A DNA stretch of 64,000 nucleotides from Candidatus Aquilonibacter sp. (lineage in GTDB: Bacteria > Verrucomicrobiota > Verrucomicrobiia > Limisphaerales > UBA11358): contig DATJRH010000047.1 in the NCBI GenBank assembly GCA_035504945.1, positions 2,157 to 66,156 of the forward strand, given 5' to 3'. Both the position numbers and the translations under genes were made by a program. Under the pieces are notes generated by a model. The model was not told the origin of the DNA, did not search any database, and saw only the letters and a list, made by a program, of their open reading frames with translations. Every line of letters starts with the position of its first letter. Positions within the stretch are counted from its first letter, which is position 1. Shown here in pieces: positions 1-7,564 of this stretch.

Positions 1-785
1 TTTTCAGCGACTAATTGTTCGTATTGCTGTTCGGAAATTTCTTTTTCAAGTCCGTATTTATGTCTAACCATTGACGAAAAATATACTCCGGCCTTAAGTC
101 CAAAATTCAATTCCTGATCAATGGTAAAAATTTCCCTTCCAAATTGTTGCCCATGCACGATGTCATGCCGCAAATTATCAAATGTTTCCAATGCGCTTTT
201 AGAAAATGTGAAATTGTTTGCATATCTAGCCTGTGAGACGGGCTTGCAGATCGCGTGTAAAATATCTGACCTTTTAACAATGGATTCACGTTCCAAGCTA
301 ACAAGAAATTTCTCGGTGGCGGCTTGAATGACATTGTCTTTGGTTTCCGCCAGAACAGTTCCAATTTCTATTTTGCGATCTTTTATAAAAGGTATCCAAT
401 CATTTGGGCTTAACGAATGACTTATTTTGCAAAGAGAGTAAATCGTAGCATCAAGCAGAGAGTGGATGAAAACGATTGCGGCTGCATCAATTCTTCTTTT
501 TGAGTGCCGAATTGAAACATCGGGATTTTTCACAAACTGAAAGGCGTCCAAGCTCTCGCCAAACATTTTTTCAACTTCTGGTGTGACTTCAATGGTGGTT
601 TTCCCGCTATTGCTAAAATCTTTTATGGCTTGGATTTTTTGCTTCGCTTTTATAAGCAACTGGTCTTTGCCGCTCTCAATTAGAAACAAAGCATCATTCC
701 TGAACGCGATAATTTTATTGGTTTGCAAAAGAAAGTTATTGAAAACCACCGCGAATTCGACGTTTGGATTGACGCCAGAGGACAT
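1..785 (-). CDS. Hypothetical protein with HEPN-like Rx4H motif; C-terminus runs off the left edge (absent from ORF track because no stop in window)
   Basis: Own minus-strand translation: ATG at 785-783 preceded by in-frame TGA (812-810), open to base 1: MSSGVNPNVEFAVVFNNFLLQTNKIIAFRNDALFLIESGKDQ...SKSALETFDNLRHDIVHGQQFGREIF...VRHKYGLEKEISEQQYEQLVAE. RHDIVH fits the HEPN Rx4-6H motif. Visibly AT-rich relative to pheS/rplT. Confidence 0.5.
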   Translation of the reverse strand, partial: MSSGVNPNVEFAVVFNNFLLQTNKIIAFRNDALFLIESGKDQLLIKAKQKIQAIKDFSNSGKTTIEVTPEVEKMFGESLDAFQFVKNPDVSIRHSKRRIDAAAIVFIHSLLDATIYSLCKISHSLSPNDWIPFIKDRKIEIGTVLAETKDNVIQAATEKFLVSLERESIVKRSDILHAICKPVSQARYANNFTFSKSALETFDNLRHDIVHGQQFGREIFTIDQELNFGLKAGVYFSSMVRHKYGLEKEISEQQYEQLVAE

Positions 786-800
786 TGCTTTAATTGATTC

Positions 801-872
801 AAAATTGTTTCAAAAACCGCACGTCGTTTTCGTAGAAGAGGCGGATGTCGTTGATGCCGTAGCGGAGCATGG
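801..872. repeat. 72-bp copy of the pheS 3' coding end (displaced remnant; direct repeat of 1532-1603)
   Basis: Manual alignment 801-872 vs 1532-1603: 70/72 identical, flanks unrelated. On the minus strand it encodes ...[23 protein letters not shown] plus its own TGA stop (801-799). Confidence 0.9.
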
Positions 873-884
873 TGGATTTCAAAT

Positions 885-1262
885 TCATAATGATTTTGCC
901 AACGGCAGGAGTTCGTTGAAATGTTTATCACAATGCTCCAATTCCAAGCCGTGGGTCACAGCGCAGGCCGCAGTAACAATGTCACTGATAGGAAGGGTAA
1001 GTCCTTTTTCCCGACATCGAAGAGCCAGTTTTGAAGCCAATTGCCAAACTGCCGCGTCCACCGGAATACGTTCAATTTCATTTTCCATTTCGGCCAGCTC
1101 CCGTTTTTCTTTCGTGCCACGCACGCCGTGCCACAATTCCACCAAAGTGATGTCGCACCAAGCCGCCTCACCGCTCAAAACCAGCACCTCAATGCTGTCG
1201 CCGATTTCGGATTCGCGGTCGCGGAGGTATTCCACCCAACTGGATGTGTCAACAAGCTTCAT
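885..1262 (-). CDS. vapC: Type II toxin VapC (PIN-domain ribonuclease)
   Basis: 125 aa, [15 protein letters not shown]... with the PIN acidic-residue pattern. 4-bp ATGA overlap with the upstream antitoxin gene. Confidence 0.85.
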   Translation of the reverse strand: MKLVDTSSWVEYLRDRESEIGDSIEVLVLSGEAAWCDITLVELWHGVRGTKEKRELAEMENEIERIPVDAAVWQLASKLALRCREKGLTLPISDIVTAACAVTHGLELEHCDKHFNELLPLAKSL

Positions 1263-1480
1263 CTGGCCTTGGGCATATCGGCTGCACGCATCGCCTTCAA
1301 ATCAGCCTGCGTCATGAAATCACGGAACTGACCACGCACGCGGGCGTTCAGCTTTTCCAGCCGCTTAAGGCGGTTGAACCGCTCCACGGCAGTCACCACG
1401 GCTTCGCGTTTGGTCTTCGCGCCGGTGAATTTCATGGCTTCTTCCATTGCCAGTTCAGGAATATCAATTGTTGTTTTCAT
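1259..1480 (-). CDS. vapB: Type II antitoxin VapB (DUF2191/RHH-like)
   Basis: 73 aa, MKTTIDIPELAMEEAMKFTGAKTKREAVVTAVERF..., typical VapB N-terminus. Translationally coupled to vapC. Confidence 0.75.
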   Translation of the reverse strand: MKTTIDIPELAMEEAMKFTGAKTKREAVVTAVERFNRLKRLEKLNARVRGQFRDFMTQADLKAMRAADMPKAR

Positions 1481-1529
1481 GATCCTAAAATACTTTTATT
1501 TGGAATCCTGTCAATGTTATTTTGGAATC

Positions 1530-2543
1530 CTAAAATTGTTTCAAGAACCGCACGTCGTTTTCGTAGAAAAGGCGGATGTCGTTGATGCCGTAGCGGAGCA
1601 TGGCGATGCGTTCGATGCCGAAGCCGAACGCCCAGCCCGTCCAGACTTCGGGATCGTAGCCGACGTTCTCGAAGACCTGCGGATGCACCATGCCGCAGCC
1701 GGCGATCTCCAGCCAGTCCTTGCCCATCTTCTTCACAAGCGCGGTGGTGAAATCAATCTCGTAGCTCGGCTCGGTGTAGCTGAAATAATGCGGCCGGAAA
1801 CGGATCTTCACGTCGCTGCCCATGAGTTCTTTGAAAACAAATTCCACCGTGCCTTTCAAATCGCCAACGGTCACATTTTTATCAACGTAAAGCCCTTCGA
1901 TCTGGTGGAACGTGGGATTGTGCGTGGCGTCGGCGTTGTCTCGGCGATAGACGCGGCCGGGCACGATGATTCGCACGGGCGGCGGCTGTTTTTCCATTAC
2001 GCGGATTTGGACGGACGAGGTGTGGGTGCGGAGCAAGCGTTTGTCGGTAGTATTGAGATAAAACGTGTCCTGCGAATCGCGCGCCGGATGATCTGCCGGC
2101 GTGTTGAGCGCGTCGAAGCAATGATACTCGTCCTCGATCTCTGGCCCGTCGGCGACGGCGAAACCAATTTTGCGAAACGCGCGGACGATGTCGTCGGTGA
2201 CTTGCGTGAGCGGATGCAATTTGCCAAGCGCGCGGCGGCGGCCGGGCAGAGTGAAATCGGTCGGCTCCTTCGGCAGCGCGGCTTTCAGCTCCAATTCCTC
2301 GCGGCGCGAGGTGAGCGCGGCTTCGAGTTCGACTTTGGCGGCATTGATGAGCTTGCCGGCGGCGGGGCGTTCTTCTTTCGAGAGCGTGCCGAGCTGTTTC
2401 ATCAGCGCGGTGAACTTGCCATTCGGTCCAATCCACGCGCCTTTGGTTTGTTCCAAGGCGGCGAGGTCGGGCGCGGCTTTGAGTTCCGCGAGCGCGGCTT
2501 GTTTGAGCGGTTCAATTTCGTTCAGGAACGACATAGACTTCAA
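1530..2543 (-). CDS. pheS: Phenylalanine--tRNA ligase alpha subunit
   Basis: 337 aa with class II aaRS motifs (...RTHTSSVQIR..., ...GRVYRRD..., ...[20 protein letters not shown]). Confidence 0.95.
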   Translation of the reverse strand: MKSMSFLNEIEPLKQAALAELKAAPDLAALEQTKGAWIGPNGKFTALMKQLGTLSKEERPAAGKLINAAKVELEAALTSRREELELKAALPKEPTDFTLPGRRRALGKLHPLTQVTDDIVRAFRKIGFAVADGPEIEDEYHCFDALNTPADHPARDSQDTFYLNTTDKRLLRTHTSSVQIRVMEKQPPPVRIIVPGRVYRRDNADATHNPTFHQIEGLYVDKNVTVGDLKGTVEFVFKELMGSDVKIRFRPHYFSYTEPSYEIDFTTALVKKMGKDWLEIAGCGMVHPQVFENVGYDPEVWTGWAFGFGIERIAMLRYGINDIRLFYENDVRFLKQF

Positions 2544-2635
2544 AGATTTTGAGACAGAATTAACAAAATTTACAGAATTCTTTTTGCGATTCGGCTCGTG
2601 AGGACACTCGCTCCGCCATTTTATTTTCAGTGAAT

Positions 2636-2667
2636 GAAAAACGGGCGGACCTTTTCGGGCCGCCCGT
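2636..2667 (-). terminator. Rho-independent terminator downstream of rplT
   Basis: Minus strand: stem ACGGGCGG / CCGCCCGT (2641-2648 / 2660-2667) followed by a run of about 5 T (plus-strand A run 2637-2641). Confidence 0.6.
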
Positions 2668-2692
2668 TAATGGATTCAAATTGAAATTTCGA

Positions 2693-3076
2693 TTACGCCT
2701 TTGCCAAAGTGGCGCCGGGCTTGGCCTTAAGCGCATTCTTGGCGACGTTGACCAATTCGGTAAAACCGGCGGCATCCTGCGCGGCGATGTCGGCGAGGAC
2801 TTTGCGGTCGAGCGCGCATTTGGCGGCCTTGAGTCCTTCCATGAAGCGGCTGTAAGTCAGCCCGGTGGCGCGGACGGCGGCATTGATGCGGATTTGCCAG
2901 AGATAACGGAACTCGCGTTTTTTGCGGCGGCGATCACGGTAGGCGTATTGGCGGCCGTGGTCAACGGCGTCGCTGGCGTAACGGTAAAGCTTGCCGCGCT
3001 TGAGGCGGAAGCCTTTGGCCGCACGAATCATGCGTGTGCGGCGTTTGCGGGAAGCGGGAGAATTGGTGACTCGCAT
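2693..3076 (-). CDS. rplT: 50S ribosomal protein L20
   Basis: 127 aa, MRVTNSPASRKRRTRMIRAAKGFRLKRGKLYRYA... Confidence 0.95.
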   Translation of the reverse strand: MRVTNSPASRKRRTRMIRAAKGFRLKRGKLYRYASDAVDHGRQYAYRDRRRKKREFRYLWQIRINAAVRATGLTYSRFMEGLKAAKCALDRKVLADIAAQDAAGFTELVNVAKNALKAKPGATLAKA

Positions 3077-3082
3077 AAAAAT

Positions 3083-3292
3083 TTAGTGGCTGAACGGTAG
3101 ATTTTGCGTGATGCGGTAGGCGTCAGTCGCATGAACGACAGAGGCCTTGCCGAGCCGGCGGAGGCGTTTGGCGTTTTTGGTTTGGGCCAGATGGCGGCGG
3201 CCGGCGGGAAAGTGGGTCACCTTGCCGGTGGCGGTAATTTTGAACCGCTTGGCCACGGATTTCTTCGTTTTGATGCCTTTAGGACGTCGCAT
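3083..3292 (-). CDS. rpmI: 50S ribosomal protein L35
   Basis: 69 aa, basic, MRRPKGIKTKKSVAKRFKITATGKV...; immediately upstream of rplT. Confidence 0.9.
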   Translation of the reverse strand: MRRPKGIKTKKSVAKRFKITATGKVTHFPAGRRHLAQTKNAKRLRRLGKASVVHATDAYRITQNLPFSH

Positions 3293-3417
3293 AAATTTAA
3301 TTCAATTGCAAAAGAGCACGAAATATAGTCGCAGCCGCCCGGTGGGGCAAGCGCAAATTTTGGTCGCGTTGGAAAAAATTGTTGCTGGTAAGAAAAGCGA
3401 TACAGTCCAACTTTGAA

Positions 3418-3789
3418 TTATTTTTGTGGCGAGTCGCCAGCCGATATTTCCATAAATGATTTTTCGGCTGGCTTGGCTGGGGATGCTGGCTGTGTTCCGC
3501 TTGGCTTTGGGATGTCCTCGGCATTTGCGGATGGTTTGTTAATGGCTGTCAAACGACTTTCTGCTTCATTCACCGCTTGTTCAATGGGGTCTGTTTCTTC
3601 TTTCGTTAATTCCCTGCAAGTGGGTTTGTTATCTTTATTATTTTCCAATACGACAATCTGTTTTGGTTCAGCAATTCCGCCCGGACTGGTTTTAATCGCA
3701 TGATTCAATGTCCAGTAAGTTGCAAATATCCCTTCTGACAGATGCGGCAAGCGGTCTGACCAAAAACCATGTGTGTTCACACCTTTCAC
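3418..3789 (-). CDS. Hypothetical protein (AT-richer islet)
   Basis: 123-aa ORF with no recognisable motif; low-complexity Pro/Ala/Lys C-terminus. Confidence 0.35.
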   Translation of the reverse strand: MKGVNTHGFWSDRLPHLSEGIFATYWTLNHAIKTSPGGIAEPKQIVVLENNKDNKPTCRELTKEETDPIEQAVNEAESRLTAINKPSANAEDIPKPSGTQPASPAKPAEKSFMEISAGDSPQK

Positions 3790-3917
3790 ACTGATAGCCT
3801 GATTTAACCCGGCTTAGGGTTTATCGGTTTGAAACCGCTAAACCTCCGGCGGGTTCTGAAGGGGGACGCCCTGAAAAGCATTATTTTCTCAATTTTGACC
3901 AGACGATTTTCCTTTTA

Positions 3918-4430
3918 ATGCTCACTCGGCCAACAGAGGAGACAAAAGAATTTCGCGTGAAGTTGATATTGGCTTTCCGAGCCGCCCGCGAAAAATTGCG
4001 TCCAGTTGATACAATACTGCTGACGATTCCCGAAAAATGGCGAAAAACTTTCAAGGATGAATTTTACATTGCGCTTCTTAACATCTACGGCGAATCATTC
4101 GACGCATCAAAGAACAAACCAAGTTGGGTTGGCCATTGGACAAATCATTTTATTTACTCCCCGATTTATGACGGGCTTTCCCATGAACTAAAATCCAAGC
4201 GTGCCGCGCATTGCGATTTGACCGGCAAAGACCCGGACTTTATCCGATTGCATCAATTTTTAGAGGAGCACGCGAAAGACGAACTGAAAGAACAAATTGC
4301 GAAAACGACAGCCGTGCTTCAAATGTCCGGCTCAAAACATGATTTTGCCGAAAATTACAGAGCGGTTTTTCATGGAGTTTCTCAAATCAAATTTGACGAT
4401 TTATTGAAAGATGATTTCGGGAGCAATTAG
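3918..4430 (+). CDS. P63C-domain-like phage-derived protein (possibly N-terminally truncated)
   Basis: 170 aa. The pattern ...WRKTFKDEFYIALLNIYG...KNKPSWVGHWTNHFIYSPIYDGLSHELKSK...IRLHQFLEEHAKDELKEQI...MSGSKHDFAENYRAVF matches my recollection of the P63C domain (FPDEFY..RL.gw...krP..g..Tn.iVY..L.pgv.eEL...lHQ.Lt...G...L..hl). Confidence 0.5.
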   Translation: MLTRPTEETKEFRVKLILAFRAAREKLRPVDTILLTIPEKWRKTFKDEFYIALLNIYGESFDASKNKPSWVGHWTNHFIYSPIYDGLSHELKSKRAAHCDLTGKDPDFIRLHQFLEEHAKDELKEQIAKTTAVLQMSGSKHDFAENYRAVFHGVSQIKFDDLLKDDFGSN

Positions 4431-4491
4431 AGAGCAACAAAATAATCACACACGACCCAAATTTTGACTTTTGGGCCTGGATTACCGCCGA

Positions 4492-5109
4492 TCACGGACT
4501 GCTAGTGTTCGTGGGCGTGGACTCGGGCAGCGGGTTGACTGGCGCACCGGCGTTGAGTTGGGCGAGGACGGCGGTGGTCAGGTCGTTTTCGTTGTTATTG
4601 TAGAGCACCGCGGGCGTGCCGTTGACGGTTTCGGCATCGGAGTCAATGACCAACGAATAACCACCGGCCTGGGCTTTGGTGGTAATGGCGGCCTCGATTT
4701 CCTGCAGGATATCCGCGCGCATTTGCTGCTTTTGTTGGGCCAGCCTGGCCTGGGCATCGTGTTCAAACTGATCCATCGCGGCCTGGGAGCTTTTTAATTC
4801 TTTCAACTTGGCATCAGCGGCCTGCTGGCGCTTGGCGCGCTCGTCGGCGGAAATGGCCTGATCATTGGCCTGTTGCAACAACTGCTGGTATTGGGTGTTG
4901 ACCAGGTTCAAATTGGTGAGCATTTGCTTGTCGTCGTTGTCCAGTTGCTCGGCGTGTTGCTGGATGTCAATTTGTGCTTGTTTGGTTTTCCAATAGCCGT
5001 CGAAGAGTTTGCGCAAATCCACCGTGGCAATCCGGCTTTGCGCCAGTGCGGGAACGCTCAAAAACGTCAGCAATGAAACCGTCAAAATAATTGTTCGCAA
5101 AATTTTCAT
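4492..5109 (-). CDS. skp: Periplasmic chaperone Skp/OmpH family
   Basis: 205 aa with a signal peptide (MKILRTIILTVSLLTFLSVPALAQ), IATVDLRKLF start and a Gln/Lys/Ala-rich coiled coil. Located two genes downstream of bamA in the same orientation. Confidence 0.8.
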   Translation of the reverse strand: MKILRTIILTVSLLTFLSVPALAQSRIATVDLRKLFDGYWKTKQAQIDIQQHAEQLDNDDKQMLTNLNLVNTQYQQLLQQANDQAISADERAKRQQAADAKLKELKSSQAAMDQFEHDAQARLAQQKQQMRADILQEIEAAITTKAQAGGYSLVIDSDAETVNGTPAVLYNNNENDLTTAVLAQLNAGAPVNPLPESTPTNTSSP

Positions 5110-5166
5110 GGAAATAGGAAATCAGAATTCGTCCGCGACGCCAACTCAAAACTGGTGGTATTCATG

Positions 5167-7563
5167 TTAAAATTTGTGCAGCCGGAAAAATGAATCGTCG
5201 TTGGTGGAGGGCAGAGTGACGGTGTTCCAGCCATTGCTCAACACGGGCGGTTGCGGCACGGTTGTCCAAGTGTTGGTCGAGGTGAGATTTGTGTTGGATT
5301 CCAAAATGTATTCCGGCTGGAAGGCGCGCCACGCGAGGGTGACGTTGCTGGTGTCCGCCGGGGCAATGGTCAGCGTCGGTTGTGACGCCAAAAGAATTTT
5401 GGCGAGGAAGGCGTCGTTGGTGCCGTGCAGCGTGCTGTGAAAGGCGTCCAGCGCCGGGAAATTTGTCGAAATTGTCTGGCCGACGACATAGGCGTTGCCC
5501 GCCGGGTCAACCGCGATGCCATAGCCGTAATCATTGGTCGAGCCGCCCAGATACGCGGAATAAAGCAGCGCGGATGCGTTCGTGTTAATCGCGGTGACAA
5601 AAGCATCGCTGCCGCCGGAATTGGTCGCAGACAGGAAACCGGCTGTGTTGGCCGTCGGAAAATTAGTCGAACCAGCGACGCCCGTGACGAAAGCGTCGCC
5701 CGCTGGATCCAGCGCCACGTCATATCCCAAATCCATGCTGTTGCCGCCAAAGACGGCGGAATAGGCGATGCCGACCGTGGCGCCATTGGTGATTTTTGTC
5801 AGGAAGACATTGGTGGTCACGGGGTAGGTGAAGTTCAGGTTGTTCGTGAGATAATTGACAAAGATGTTCGTCGCGGTATTTGGAAAGTCCGACGAGGTGG
5901 TTGCGCCAACCACGTAGGCGCTGCCGGCGGCGTCACATGCTATGCGCGAGGCCACATCATAGTTCGTGCCGCCGAGATAAGTTGAATAAACCAGATTGGA
6001 ACAATTGGGCAAAGGCATGAATTTGGCGACGAATGCATCAAAGTTGAAAGTCTGGCTTGGCGAACCGTAAGTGAATCTGTTCAGATGGTGGAACAGCGCG
6101 TTTGTCGTGGTCGGGAAATTGGTCGAATCCGTTGTTCCGGCGACATACACATAGCCCGCGGGATCCACCGCTATGCCGTTGCCAATATCGTAGTTTGTGC
6201 CGCCAAAATAACTGGAGTAAGTCAAATTAGAGCCGCCGGCGGAAATCACGGTTACGAACGCGTTGCCGTTGTAGACGGAATTAGTGCTGCCCAGATGGCG
6301 CTGATATGCATTGGTTGTCGTCGGAAAATTAGTAGAACTGGTGCGGCCGGTGACATAAGCATTACCATTCGAATCCAAGGCAATGCCAATGCCTTCGTCG
6401 GTCCCACTGCCGCCGAGATAGCTCGAATAGACCAATTGCGAGCCGTTGGTTTCCAGTTCCGTCACAAAAGCATCGGGGTAGTAGCCATAGGACTGACCGA
6501 GAAAAACGATTTTCGTTCCGCCAATTTTCGGTTGAAACACATTGGTAGTCGTCGGGAAATTTGTAGATTCGGTATATCCGGTGACAAAGGCGTGGCCCGC
6601 GCCGTCCACCGCCAAATCCACCGCGCCGTCCTCGGAACTGCCGCCAAGATAGGTGAGATAAATGAGGTTCGTCCCGAGATTGCCGAATTTGGCCACAAAA
6701 GCATCACCGGAAATCGTGCCTCCGGCAAAGTTCGTTTGATAGCCATTGGGCTGGCTATTGGTTGCGAATTTTGTCGAGAGTGTCTCACCCGCAATATAAA
6801 CGCAGCCGCTGTTGTCCACCTTCACCGACCAGGCGGTATCGCCATTATTACCGCCGAAATAAGTAGAATAGCTCAAAATCGGATCAATCACCAGCGGCAG
6901 ATTGCGATTGTAATTGCCGGCGGCAAATCCAACGGTGTGCGCGCCCAAAATTTTATAGCCGCCGCTAATTTCTTCCCGCACGCCGCCGGCCATTTGATAG
7001 ATCAACGGTTTCGGCTGGCGGATTTCGCCGTCGGCCAATGCCAAAACCAGTTCGCCGCGCGCATTGATGGAAATTTTATCAGTGCCGTCGAAGCGGATGA
7101 CAATGGCATCTGGGTTCACCCCCGGCGCGATGTCGAAGTCATATTCAAGTCGCTGTTGGTTGCCATAATAAACCAAACCGATGCCGGGATAAATGTCCGT
7201 AACGCGGACTTTGGCAAAAGTGGAGATGCCGGAACGCCATTGCGCCGGATTGCTGCCGACAAAGTAACTGATTTTGCCGGATAATTCGGCATCGCCGGAA
7301 ATTTGCGCCCGCGGATTTGCGCCGATGAATTGCATCCGCACGGTGGCGGCTTTGTCTGCGGATTTGCACAGGGTGAATTGCGCTTCGGTCGGTGCAATCA
7401 AGAATTGTGCGTCGCTGCCTCGGGCGAGAAATCGGGTCGGGGAACCGGCCTCAAAATAAAGCGGCACATTGCCGAACGGCGCGGCAGTCTGCGCGCGTGC
7501 TGTCAACACCATCGCCAGCCCAGCGAGCGTTGCGAACAGAAATTGTTTCCGAGAAAGAGTCAT
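5167..7563 (-). CDS. Secreted SBBP (beta-propeller) repeat protein
   Basis: Many repeats of the type YSTYLGGS..D.G.GIAVD..GNAYVTG.T.STNFPTT. Start chosen at MTLSRKQFLFATLAGLAMVLTARAQ (signal peptide), 1 nt after the bamA stop; the track ORF extends to 7629. Confidence 0.8.
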   Translation of the reverse strand: MTLSRKQFLFATLAGLAMVLTARAQTAAPFGNVPLYFEAGSPTRFLARGSDAQFLIAPTEAQFTLCKSADKAATVRMQFIGANPRAQISGDAELSGKISYFVGSNPAQWRSGISTFAKVRVTDIYPGIGLVYYGNQQRLEYDFDIAPGVNPDAIVIRFDGTDKISINARGELVLALADGEIRQPKPLIYQMAGGVREEISGGYKILGAHTVGFAAGNYNRNLPLVIDPILSYSTYFGGNNGDTAWSVKVDNSGCVYIAGETLSTKFATNSQPNGYQTNFAGGTISGDAFVAKFGNLGTNLIYLTYLGGSSEDGAVDLAVDGAGHAFVTGYTESTNFPTTTNVFQPKIGGTKIVFLGQSYGYYPDAFVTELETNGSQLVYSSYLGGSGTDEGIGIALDSNGNAYVTGRTSSTNFPTTTNAYQRHLGSTNSVYNGNAFVTVISAGGSNLTYSSYFGGTNYDIGNGIAVDPAGYVYVAGTTDSTNFPTTTNALFHHLNRFTYGSPSQTFNFDAFVAKFMPLPNCSNLVYSTYLGGTNYDVASRIACDAAGSAYVVGATTSSDFPNTATNIFVNYLTNNLNFTYPVTTNVFLTKITNGATVGIAYSAVFGGNSMDLGYDVALDPAGDAFVTGVAGSTNFPTANTAGFLSATNSGGSDAFVTAINTNASALLYSAYLGGSTNDYGYGIAVDPAGNAYVVGQTISTNFPALDAFHSTLHGTNDAFLAKILLASQPTLTIAPADTSNVTLAWRAFQPEYILESNTNLTSTNTWTTVPQPPVLSNGWNTVTLPSTNDDSFFRLHKF

Positions 7564-7564
7564 C

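Noticed and set aside
1374-2552. Long antisense ORFs opposite well-supported genes. Examples: 1374-2552 (+) opposite pheS, 6085-7284 (+) opposite the SBBP gene, 40168-41382 (-) opposite nrdJ, 44355-45521 (-), 52811-54328 (-), 55205-56668 (-), 56804-57889 (-) and 58088-59983 (-) opposite the CAZyme genes.
   Set aside because: These are typical shadow ORFs of GC-rich coding DNA. Their translations are Arg/Ala/Gly-rich with no motifs, and the opposite strand carries unambiguous conserved proteins.
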